Source: Moniliella sp. 'wahieum'
Lineage: Eukaryota
Assembly (NCBI GenBank): GCA_003971905.1
Contig: RSEE01000014.1
Span: 558,001 to 622,000 of the forward strand
Reading direction: 5' to 3'
DNA: 64,000 nt
Shown here in pieces: positions 27,066 through 38,262 of the stretch (its first letter is position 1; each line of letters starts with the position of its first letter). A model generated the notes under the pieces. The model saw nothing but the letters and a program-made list of their open reading frames with translations, searched no databases and was not told where the DNA came from. Made by a program: the position numbers and the translations under genes.

Positions 27066-27712
27066 TTCGACGGTTGGTGTGGTTCCAAACAATCACGCTA
27101 GCCTGAATGGCGAGGTGGGCCAGGCGTCGCCAAAACGAAGGCCAGGAGAGCACAGTAGGCATGGCGCTAGTGTCTAAAAAACAGCCACCAAGAGGGGACT
27201 ACACTTCAGCTTTGCCGCAGCTCAACCCTACTATTCCGCCGTTTGGGGGTCGAGTAAAAATGCTTGGACTTGATCACGTGCGCCACACTGGGGTTGTTGA
27301 CGACGTCGACGCTACCTGGCCGTATGCATTGGCATCCAGCCACAGACATCAATGATAACAGGCGTCTACGCTCATTCCGACAGACGCTACCACAGCCTCA
27401 CGGCACTCACAACGTAGGCCCCCGAGGGCAGGGTAATGCAAATTGAACCTTCACCGGTCACAGGTCACCTAGCCTACCGCGCATCATTTATGTAGGACAG
27501 GTAGAGGGAGTCGTGCCTATGGAACAGCGGGGATAGCATGAAAAACATGCAATGGTGGCTAAACGATCAGCGCTGAAAGCGCGAATGGCCAGGGTAGGAA
27601 AGGTTACAAGGACACTCCGAGCCTTGCTCTCGGGCTAAAAGGAAAAATGGCCACGCCCTCCAACCCATGTCGGGCAGGTTTAGGCAGGAACCGAGTAAGC
27701 CGGGCGAACCGC

Positions 27713-29171
27713 TTACTTCTTCTTGCCGGCCTTCTCAGCGGCCTTGGTGGTCTTGCCACCCTTGCCGGAGGTCTTCTCGACCGACTTGATGACACCGACA
27801 GCCACGGTCTGGCGCATGTCACGGACAGCGAAACGGCCGAGCGGGGGGTACTCGTTGAAGGCCTCAACGCACATGGGCTTGGTGGGGATCATCTTGACCA
27901 TGGCGGCGTCACCCGACTTGATGAACTTGGGGGTCTCCTCAATGGTCTTACCCGAACGACGGTCCATCTTGGTAAGGATGGAGTCGAACTTGCAAGCAAT
28001 GTGGGCCGTGTGGCAGTCAAGAACGGGCGAGTAGCCGTTCGAGATCTGGCCAGGGTGGTTCATGATGATGACCTGGGCGTTGAACGAGGCAGCCTCCATA
28101 GGGGGGTCGTTCTTAGAGTCACCAGCAACGTTGCCACGGCGGATGTCCTTGACCGAGACGTTCTTGACGTTGAAACCAACGTTGTCACCGGGGAGACCCT
28201 CGGGGAGCGACTCGTGGTGCATCTCGACGGACTTGACTTCAGTGGTCACGTTCGCGGGAGCGAAGGTAACGACCATGCCGGGCTTGATCACACCCGTCTC
28301 GACACGGCCGACGGGGACAGTGCCGATACCACCGATCTTGTACACGTCCTGCAGGGGAGACGCAGGGGCTTGTCGGTGGGGCGCGAGGGGGGTCAATGGC
28401 GTCAATGGCGTCAAGGAGGGTCTTGCCCGTGGCCTTGCCAGCCTTGGTCTCCTTCTCCCAACCCTTGTACCAGGGCATGTTGGTGGTGGCCTCAATCATG
28501 TTGTCACCGTTCCAGCCCGAGATGGGGACGAAGGGAACCGACTTGGGGTTGAAGCCGACCTTCTTGATGAAGGTCGAGGTCTCCTTGATGATCTCGTTGA
28601 AGCGGTCCTCCGAGTACTTGGTAGCGTCCATCTTGTTGACGGCAACAATGAGCTGGCGCACACCAAGGGTGAAGGCGAGCAGAGCGTGCTCACGGGTCTG
28701 GCCGTCCTTGGAGATACCAGCCTCGAACTCACCAGTGCCGGCGGCGATGATGAGAATGGCGCAGTCGGCCTGCGAGGTGCCCGTGATCATGTTCTTGATG
28801 AAGTCACGGTGGCCGGGGGCGTCAATGACAGTGACCTGGTACTTGGGGGTCTCGAACTTCCACAGGGCAATGTCGATGGTGATACCACGCTCACGCTCAG
28901 CCTTGAGCTTGTCGAGCACCCAGGCGTACTTGAACGAACCCTTGCCGAGCTCAGCAGCCTCCTTCTCGAACTTCTCAATGGTACGCTTGTCAATACCACC
29001 GCACTTGTAGATCAAGTGGCCGGTCGTGGTCGACTTGCCGGAGTCGACGTGGCCGATGACAACGACGTTAACGTGAAGCTGAAGGTGAGAGCGGTAGTTA
29101 GCATGCAGCTGAGAATGAAACAGAGGGGAAGGCGCGCGGCGCGGCGCGAGACGTACCTTTTCCTTACCCAT
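27713..29171 (-). CDS. TEF1: Translation elongation factor 1-alpha (intron 29079-29156; indels near 28355-28390)
   Basis: [45 protein letters not shown] and [14 protein letters not shown]. Confidence 0.99.
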
Positions 29172-29547
29172 GATGAACGATGTGAGTACCGGTGGTGGTG
29201 GAGGGTGGCGAAGCCGGGGGACCGAGGCGCCTTTTTGATGCTGCCAAGCGGCAGGATTTTTTTTGTGTCTTCCGCAAGCACGAGCCAGTGTACTGCTTAT
29301 CGAACGGAAGGGTGGGCCGCCACGACACTGGGCAGGCGCCCCCTTGCTGGCGAAGATGTTGGCTGCCCTCCCGCCTGCCCTGCACCGCGCCTGTCATGCT
29401 GCAATTATGTAACCCAACACACAGGATGTTCTGCACGTGCACAGCGTGAGCAAAGGAAAGGTGAAATGTTGAAGCTCTTTACCCCACGTCTGCTGGCTCA
29501 CAGCGCCGAGCGAGCGCTCACAGCCACCATCCACCAGACCCAGATTT

Positions 29548-31106
29548 ATGCCACCCCCACGAGGACGAGGCGGATCCAACAGCTCCAACTGGCGCGCTCG
29601 AGCCGCCCCTGTTACTGGGAATGGAGGGAATGCATATCCTCCGCTGCGCACCAGCGGTGCGTCCAAGTATGCCCCATCCTCTCCGACTGTCCAATCCACT
29701 CGTCCCCATGGCCCAACAGCCCTCTCAGTATCTTCTTCCGATTCACCAGTTCCGTCGGCGCACGACAACAATGGTATGCGGCGACGCGATCCTCGATCCT
29801 CCCTGGGGGCCCCGGTTGACGTGATGCAGCTTTTGGCAAGCCCCAGTCGTGGACTTGACTCTGCGCTCACGATGAAGATGGCAAACAGTGCGCCTCCCGC
29901 CCATCCTCCTTTTCCCGCGACTGACACAGATCTATTTGTGATTGAGCAGACTCAGCCTAATGGACTCAGACACGCAAGATCAACTTCTAGTTTATATACA
30001 AGATCGCCTCCGTGCCCATGGCCAACGCCACCCGACCTCTTGCACAGAGACAGAAACGATCCAGCTGTTTCTATCTCCCTCTGAGAAGCCTCCATTGCCA
30101 TCAACAGCAGTTGATTCTCTCGAGCAAATTGGGCTTTTGCTAAGGAAACTGCGTGAGTCGTGCACTGCTTCAAAGCGAGCGTATTATGTGCCGCTGGAGG
30201 GGCAAAAGAAGGGCATATTGCACAGCTTGGTCCTATACACCTACATTCTCTCCGCCTTGATTTCCCTAGCGGTGTGGAACGTTCCAATGCTTCAAACATC
30301 CTTGGAAAATGTCCTTGATCTTCTCCTCCCTGTCTGTGAGGATTCATTCGCTCCTCTTTCGAACTCGGAGCAACGACAACTGCAGAAGGACGTGCAGTGT
30401 ATGCTGGGCCTCAAGGAGCCATTGGTCAACTCCATTGCACCCTTTGACTCCCCTGCCAAATTGGCTGATTGGGCGGCGAGTCTCAAAGTTCTTCTGAGTG
30501 CAGTTTCTCTTGTCGGGTCATCTACCGGTGCTGTAGGCCGACTGGCCAAAGGAAGCCGAGTGGACCAGCTGAAGACATTGGCCTTCTGGCGGTCCACTCT
30601 TCCCGATCCTCACTGGGTTTTGGTGATTGAACCAGTGGCGCGAGCCATTCGTGCAGGTGACCCCCTTCGGCTCGCTGCTCAAGTCCGTGCGCCACCCTTA
30701 TGCACTAGCTTGGCCCATGCCTCCATGCTCCACCATGTTCTTCTTCCCCTTCAGTCTATCTCCTGGACCGTACTGCAGCGCGCCTACGTCACTGTTCCTC
30801 TACCCCGACGAATGATGGGGCGTGAATCCCGTGGGCCTGGTTGGGTCGACCGAGCACTATTCATCACGCCCGACAAAGAGCCCGATCTGCTCCCAATCTT
30901 TCTCCAATCCATGTCCCCAAAACGGTTGCAACCGGACCGGGAACAGCGAAGCTCCCCCTTTCCACTCTCCCTTCGAAGCCTCCCTTTCTGGGGTTTGGGA
31001 CACTCAACAACGTCTGTCCCTTATTCGTGTAGGGCAAGCCACCCACCTCGAACCCGAGCAATGGAGCAAGGGAGAAGAGATGGTACTCTCACTTCGGATT
31101 CGCTGA
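29548..31106 (+). CDS. Uncharacterised helical protein, possibly SAC3/GANP/THP3- or PCI-like; intron about 29888-29949; 3' end uncertain (31106 or 31156)
   Basis: RG-rich N-terminus from ATG 29548, GTGCGC...CAG intron with CTGAC branch, then LLLRKLRESC and WTVLQRAY motifs resembling fungal PCI-like proteins. Confidence 0.6.
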
Positions 31107-31884
31107 GGCGCATTCTGCATCTGCCAATCTCTATCCTGGCAGTCCTACGATACTAGGGTGTCGGAGCCAAGCAGTGCACATGAAGCGTACGAGGCCCTGC
31201 CGAACCTTGTTTGGGGACACAGCGTTTGGAGTTGTGGTTTCTGGCATACAATGCAGAAGTCCTTTTTAGGAACAAAAGGATTGGGTTGCAGTGCGGTCAC
31301 AGCTGCTATTGAATGGTGGTGTATACACATAATGTCCGTCCATGGTTTGTAAATGTGGTAGTGGGGTGCCAGTTGGTCCAACTTAGTATAGATGTCTTCC
31401 ACCTCGTTGCGATAACGAGGGATGAAGACACAGGGAACTACCCCGCGAGGCCTGCTTCAAACATCTTGAGTACCTGGAGCGTGCAGGCTAAGGAACTCGC
31501 TTCAAAACGATGCATTTCATGCAGCGTTAGTTCCACGGCGTTGTTAGCCCAAGTCCAACTATGCCTTCCACTATACCGAACCAGACTGCGGGGCCCGCCT
31601 AATACTGGAAATGGCAGTGCAGAATATGCAATACGGGATACCACTCTCTCTATACACGACCGCTGGCCGAGTCTTGATGGAATCGGAATGGGTACAAGGC
31701 CCTTGGATGTGATGGAGCGCGGCAGATCGTCTGGTCAAAAACTCCTCATATGCCATGTGACAACGGACGATAAACGAAGATATGATCAACTTCAAGCGAT
31801 CTGGATTATAAACGTGACCACGGGGAAATGTGGTTGTGTATGCGATGAGGGGAATACATCGTTAGCCCACGCACTTCTGTTCTG

Positions 31885-33575
31885 TCAGGTTAGCTTGAAC
31901 AGCTTAGGCGCCCCCTGGTCGTGCAAAGCCAGTTCAGAAAAGGCATCAGCCATCACGTCGTCTTTCGTTTGAGAGAAATAGTGCTCCATGATAGAGAACG
32001 CCGCCTGAGAAATGTCGTGATTCTCATGGCTTTGCAGACGTTGAATAGTTGCCGCCCCTCCAGCCTCTTCGACCTGAAGCGCATAAATGTTGACGGCCCC
32101 GGCCCCGGCATTTTCTTGTCCAATTCGCCAACACGGAGAATACTGTCGATTCCTCCAAGCGTATAAATGTTGGGCTCGACCTTCAACATATCGCATATGG
32201 GCTTGATGCAACCTTGGTGCACAAGGTAACGAGTCTGGGCCTTGCTCCATCACGTTCGCCGCGGCGTTGGTCAAGACGTAGCAAGCCTGCTTGAAGATGT
32301 CGGGATGGGCCGATTTGAGAAGTTTGATCAATGGCGGGATGATGCCAGCGTCGATGACTGCTTGAGCTTGATGGGAGGGGCCAGCGGCGATGTTCGAGAT
32401 GGTCCAGCAGGCATCTTTTATGATTCCATCCTTCGGCGAGGATAGGAGGGCAAGGAGAGGGGTAAGCGCCCCGGATGCCACAACCCTGGGTCTGCACGTT
32501 TGAACCCACGGTAAGGTTGCCGACCGAGTATAGAGCAGAACGCTGGACTGCTTCCGAATCGACGGCCAGCAATTCAACCAAACGAGGAACAATTCCCGAC
32601 TCGATCACAGCTTGGGTGCCGAGTGAGGGATGTGAGCCGGCAGACAGGTAGGCGACTGCCCAGCAGGTATCAATTAGAATCTCCTCATCGGTTGAGTGAA
32701 TGAGCTTGGCTAGCACGGGCAAAGCCGGAGCGACCAGCTCCCAGGCAGGGGGAGGTCCGTTGCCACCACAAACGTTGTGCAGCGTCCAAGCAACGTTTCT
32801 CAGCAAACTTATCTTTTGGTTCTCGTTGAAAAGGGAAAGAAGTGGAACCATGGCACCTTCGTTGAGGAACAAGTCGCGGCGTGCAATGCTCCCACCAGCG
32901 ATATTACCTAGGGCCCAAACTGCTTCTTCCTGTATGTCGATGTTGGGTGACCTGAGCAGCTTGATAAAGGCTGGAACGGCGCCAGCCATGGCGACCGCTT
33001 CGATGTTGTACTGTGATTCCCCCGAGGCAATACTGGTCAAGAACCATGCTGCCTCGAACTGAATTGCCTCACTGTTGCTTGCTAGGCACTGAACAAAGCG
33101 AGGAGGAGGTCCGCATAAATCACATCCTCAATAAAAATCTCCGGGCTATCCCCCTTATTGTATAGAAGGTTACGAAACTGCGTCGTAGCTTCCAGCTGGT
33201 CCCGCTCGCTTTCCGACATGAGTTTGGCCACCAACTGGGGCGGGAAATCCTGATGTTGCGCAGAGCACTGTCAGCACGGTGAATTCGGCTAGAGGCACAA
33301 CATAGCTCGACCAGTGGCAAAACACGCACCAATTCGTCTTCAGAGTGATATCCACTGGACACATCTTCGTCATTGGACACGTTATCCGTTTCTTCATTTG
33401 TACGTGTAGTGTTGGGGGCGGGAAACAGCTGGCGGTACAAGTGGTTGCTTGCGAGGCGTTTCTGGTGGCGGATTCGAGCCTGCTGGTCTTCGCGGCAGTG
33501 GATATCATCTCCCTGAAGGATGCAATCGCTCTTGTACGACTCCAGTCGTCCGGTGTTGTGCTCAGGTTGGAACAT
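31885..33575 (-). CDS. Divergent importin-alpha (karyopherin alpha) paralog; intron about 33250-33329; several indels
   Basis: ARM repeats FEAAWFLTSIASG, EEAVWALGNIAG, RNVAWTLHNVC, IDTCWAVAYLS and KDACWTISNIAAG; C-terminal IQRLQSHENHDI...IMEHYF; degenerate IBB. Confidence 0.88.
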
Positions 33576-34870
33576 GGGCTACAGGGGGTAGGGGTTAAGG
33601 ACGGGAAAGTGGGAGGGGAAAGGGAGAGGCGGTGGGCGTGAGGTGGTGGTGGTGGTGGCAGAGTGAGGCCGGGCTTGAATGGGCTCCGACCGTGGGGCTA
33701 TATAGGCCACAGCAGGCGTACACACTCAAGTGGAGCGGTACCTATGTAGTAGACTAGACTGACCCTGGCATGGCCACGTTGGCTTGCAGCTTCATGCATC
33801 ACATAGCACTCAGCTATTGGTGCCACACGTCTATATATTGGCACTCCCCTGGTTCCCCGACAGGGTCCCCCCTGGGCACGGAAATCCGGCGCAATCATTA
33901 GTTCATCTCTATCGATCATCGATCATCTGTCTGCCTCTGCTTGTGGGGTTGCGCTTACTAGCACCGGGATCATCGATCGACCTAACCGGATGGAGCAAAT
34001 GCGTGGTCGTTGATCGATGATTGTTGTTCCGCGATCAGCACTTCGTTACTCCGTCTTCGGAGTACTGTGGGAGGCGGGCAAGGCAGGGCAGGAAGTGGTG
34101 GGATGCAATGGTCTTTGAATTTACAACCCTGCCCACAGAACTGCCAGCGTGGTGTTTTGTATAGGGAGCGGCGAACCACCAATAGCCGGTACCCCGTAAA
34201 TACATATGGTCCGTCATTCAACCCAAGTCCCCACATGTCTTCTGTCTTGACACTCAACCTCGTATGGAGGGGCGGCGCAGTTGGCAGCAATCGCCGATGG
34301 GAGAGGTAGTGAACCGCTTCTTGCACATGTTCCTATCAGTTGTTTTGCAAATACTATGAATCCACAGTGCAATGAAGTAATACAACTAACTGCAGTGCAG
34401 ATCACTTAGCCAACCGTTTGTTGTTCATAAAGCTTCCGAAACTGCTAGCAAGACCTATCCCTTTTCCCAGGTGATAGCCGCCGCTTCAGCAAAGGAAATA
34501 CGCGGAGACGTTAATGCCACTATGCATGCCTGCATCAATATGCGTCAACAACCCGCACGGAAGTACTGCCAAGAGAAGCCGGAAACCAACACATCAGCTG
34601 GATGGGAAGTAGGCAGCGTTTTTTTCCCTTCTGGATCAACCAATGACGGAGGGGGATTGTTTGGATGCCGATGGTATTCATTCAGGCTGCAGGGAATGGT
34701 GTCTTGTATACCATAGGGAAAAGAAAAGCAATCCCACCGTCAATCAACGCATGAGAGGGAGACACACACAAAGGGGTCGCGGAAGATCTAGAACAGGGTC
34801 ATACGCACAGTCGGTGGGTATGTGTGTGACCCGTCAACCAAGCTGGCTGCATGATAGTTGTGCCCCATAC

Positions 34871-36223
34871 TCATTCGTCTTCATCATAACCCGCTTCCTC
34901 CTCCTTTTCCAGAACATCCTCATCGTCTGCACCTTGACCATAGTCCTCATCGTCATCACTGGGAGGAGGTGTTGGAGGAGGATAGACCATATCGTTGAGG
35001 ATAGAGTTTAGCGGCTCCATCACCCTGAAGGTCTCGATCAAGCGGTCGATAAAGTCAGTTGCGAGGACTTCCTGATCCGTAAAATTGCGCTTCACCAGGA
35101 ATGAACGGAGGCGAAGCCATGCAATGTCCTTGTGCTCCTTGATGTTCGGCACCCCCTCGATTTTGGGAGCCACCTTAAGTTCGTCTTCAAATCCGAACAA
35201 GTTTTGTGCTTCCGCTTGGCTCTGCCTGGTTGTGACAATTGTATCTTTTTGGCCTGCCTTCCTTTTTTTGTCCGTCGTGTTCTTAGCTGCAGCAACAGGA
35301 GGAGACGCTTTACCGAATTGGGCTTCAAACTCAGGGGTAGAGACCTGTGGACGAAGGTTAGAGGGAATTCACATCAGGAGGAAGTGGGGGGGAGGAGCGG
35401 GAATGGTGGGCAACATACCACCTGCTTTAGTCGCTGGCCCAGCTCTGTATTGTCCAAAATGTGCTGTCGGATGGTGGCGAGATGGTTCTTGTTGGGTTGC
35501 CATCGTCCACCCGCCGCAAACGACAGGTTGCCTGGCTCTAGCTGAACATGGTACGCAGCAAATTCTCCCTTGCGCCCACCCCGACTGAAAGTAGCGCACA
35601 AGTTGGTCTTGTAGGGTACTTGCGACTTGGAGAAACGAATATCCCGGTAGATGCGGTATACCATATCCCGGGCTGGCAGCCAGGGCACCGTATCGTCAAT
35701 GTCCATCAAACGAGGAAGCACTGCCATCGTAAATGCCTGGAGGTTGTCCCATGCGTATTGGTACAGCTCCTTGTTCGCTGCAAACCACTCTCTCGAGTTT
35801 TCTCGTCATCTTGAAGCTCCCGAAGAAAGTTCATAAGAATTGGGCTGATTTGGTCTGGGGAGGGGGTTTGGTAGGTGCCCGAGCCAGTTTGACCACCCTT
35901 TGCCCGGGACGTGGACGGTCGCCCCTAGGCTGGATCTTCTGACGTTTTCGTGTGGAGTGAGAAGTTTGATCGCTAGATGATGCTCCCCCTTCATCGAGGT
36001 CCTTCTCTCCCTCATCCTCTTCTTCGTCTTCGTCCTTCTCCGAAGCCTGGAACGCATCCGAATCGTCTTCGTCTTCCGAAGCCGCTCGGTGACGCCGCCC
36101 TCGACGCGACTGGGCGGGTGTGTCAGACTCAGACTCGTCAGTCTCCTCCTTATAGGAAACACGGGCCTTGCGACGCGTCGGAATGGCGCGGTTAGGAGTT
36201 GCTGTAGCGCGACGGGGAGGCAT
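34871..36223 (-). CDS. DUF2461 (TIGR02453-like) protein with a charged disordered N-terminus; one intron about 35345-35420; indels
   Basis: REWFAANK, MVYRIYRDIRFSKSQVPYKTN, FSRGGRKG, AAGGRWQP, ELKVAPK and WLRLRSF. Confidence 0.88.
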
Positions 36224-36651
36224 GGATCTGGCGATGGTGGTTTGTCGTGGGGCCAACGGAACGGGATCGCGAGTGCGCTTAACCAGGCCACCGGCCACCG
36301 TCCACCTGGGTCACCGATCACGGTGATTGAACGGTGATACCGAACCCGTGACGTGTGACTAGCGATCGGTGAGTGACCGGCGATTGTCGCCCATAGGTGC
36401 CAAAATGTTCATATTCCGAGCACCACAAACTATGAGCACAACGAACTGCCATGTCCCACCGTCTTCTCCCTTCTTTATACGCTGGGTACCTGTCCTTCTC
36501 CCGCCCATCGAAAGTCGTCTTTCGAAGCTGGAACCGTGGATCATTTGTTTGGCAGGGCAGAGAAACAATGGAGATACATAACCTCAGCAATCATCCGGGG
36601 TATACGCCCGTCAAAAAGCGATGAGGGTTGCATTGCATCGAGTGAGAAAAC

Positions 36652-38043
36652 CTAGTAGCCGCCGTAGTAGCCGCCTTGCTGGGGTCCTTGTCCCCCATGG
36701 TGGGCACCGGACGCACCGCCATAACCTGCCCCGCCATACCCTCCCTGGGTCTGGTTGTTATGAAACCCTGGGTAGGGCGCCTGTCCAGAAAAATCAGAGC
36801 CACCCCCGCCGTGACTGACCTCGGGGAAGGCCATGTGGCTGCCGTAGCCGCTGTCGGGGTACTGGGCACCGGGGTGGTTACCAGCTGCTTGGTGTTGAGT
36901 AGAAGGCCCCTGGAAAAGCAAATGTTAGATCACGTTGCTTTTGTAATGGAGAGTATGACGTACATTCGAGGAACACAAACGCATAGCATACTCGCCCGCC
37001 TTCTGCACAGCTTCATCCTTTGTTCCTTGAGCCTGACCACTTTGGGACTTTTGCTCCCATAGGTCAGAGGCATGAGACATGGCAGCTGCAACACTAAAGG
37101 GACCACAGTTAGCCATCCTTTCGACTTCCAACAAAGATCAATAGGACATACAGGTTGTTCTTGGCGCCTGCGTCAGGGTGGCCTTGATTGCTACCCAGGA
37201 CCGTTTGCATAGCGTGAACCGCTGACGCACCGGCAATGTCATGAGCCCCGACAGTACTAGAAGGATCAATGCTACGTTGGTGCGCTTGTTGCAACGTCGC
37301 AGCATCCGGAGGAGGGGTGGAGGATAAGTCGGCCTCCCGCGATAGGAGGGATGAGGCGACCGAGGAAAACATACTGGAGTTACCGCCCGAGCCTCCCGAG
37401 CCACCTTTAAATGTCGAGGCAAGCTTGATGAGTGTCTTGACATCCAATCCTCCGCCTCCACCTCCACCCGATCCATTCTTGCCGGTAAATGCGGAAGCCA
37501 GGCCCATCAGTTTGGATACATCGAACCCAGAACTAGACGAAGCACCCGATGCACCGCCATGGGAACCACCACCGGCAGCTCCCATGGCGGCGCCTAGCAA
37601 GGAGCCAAAGCCCCCTCCACCTCCGCCAGATTGGCCTTGCGGTGCTCCCGAGTGGCCACCGCTTTGGCCCATAGAGGAAGCTGCAGCCCCCAGTAACGAT
37701 CCCAAACCACCGGCGCCGCTGCTCCCCCGCCTTGTTGAGTACCGTGGTTTCCGCCGGCCCCTCCGGCAGCGCCGAGGAGGGAGCCCAGGTTAAATCCACC
37801 GCCGCCACCGCTCTGGCCGCCGGCTTGGGGGTTTCCGTGTCCAGAGTTGGCCCCGGCCATCGCGGACGAGGCCATGTTGAAAAGGGCACCCATGTCCATC
37901 CCACCGCCATTGCCGGCCGGACGGGCCGATTGTTGCTCGTTGTGGCTACCTTGCTGGCCCTGCGGGCCCATGAATGATGAGGCGAGGCCCATGAGGGCGC
38001 TGGGGTCGAATGCGCGCTGGTTCTGATCGTGAGGGTTTGCCAT
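36652..38043 (-). CDS. Gly-rich protein resembling the basidiomycete beta-flanking protein family; two introns near the 3' end
   Basis: Repeated GSLLGAA / xDxxxLMGLASxF units; NSSMFSSVASSL...QQAHQ...GASAVHAMQ...AAAMSHASDLWEQ...KDEAVQKAGEYAM core; G/Y/Q-rich tail. Confidence 0.65.
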
Positions 38044-38227
38044 GCTGGGTGAGGTGCAAGTCAGGGGGGGGGGTGCTGGTAGGTGGGGGGGCGAGGAGAG
38101 GGCGAGGCGTGGGTGGATGGAAAACGCCTCGGAGGTGTGGAAGGGGTGTGTGATGGGCTGCTGCGGAGCGGCTGTGAGGTAGTGGTAGTGGGTACGCGCC
38201 CAGTGTGCACAGGCCGAGTACCCAGGG

Positions 38228-38262
38228 ACTAGTGACTAGTGAGATCTGAGATCTGACATGTG
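38228..38262. promoter_or_regulatory. Array of five 6-bp palindromes at 7-bp period (ACTAGT-G-ACTAGT-G-AGATCT-G-AGATCT-G-ACATGT-G)
   Basis: Read directly; about 185 bp upstream of the Gly-rich gene start. The regulatory role is inferred. Confidence 0.55.

Noticed and set aside
28340..28400. Programmed frameshifting or pseudogene status for TEF1 and other broken genes
   Set aside because: Indels are scattered across many unrelated essential genes with no slippery-site/structure signature; assembly error is far more parsimonious.
27647..29819. Long + strand ORFs (301 and 585 aa) antisense to TEF1, and similar shadows over CDC3, ARP3, STT3, RPL9, epsin and ERG5
   Set aside because: Expected from strong C/G third-position codon bias on the true coding strand; no recognisable protein features.
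31145..31880. Short ORFs between the PCI-like gene and the importin-alpha paralog
   Set aside because: No recognisable motif or codon bias; consistent with convergent 3' UTR or intergenic DNA.
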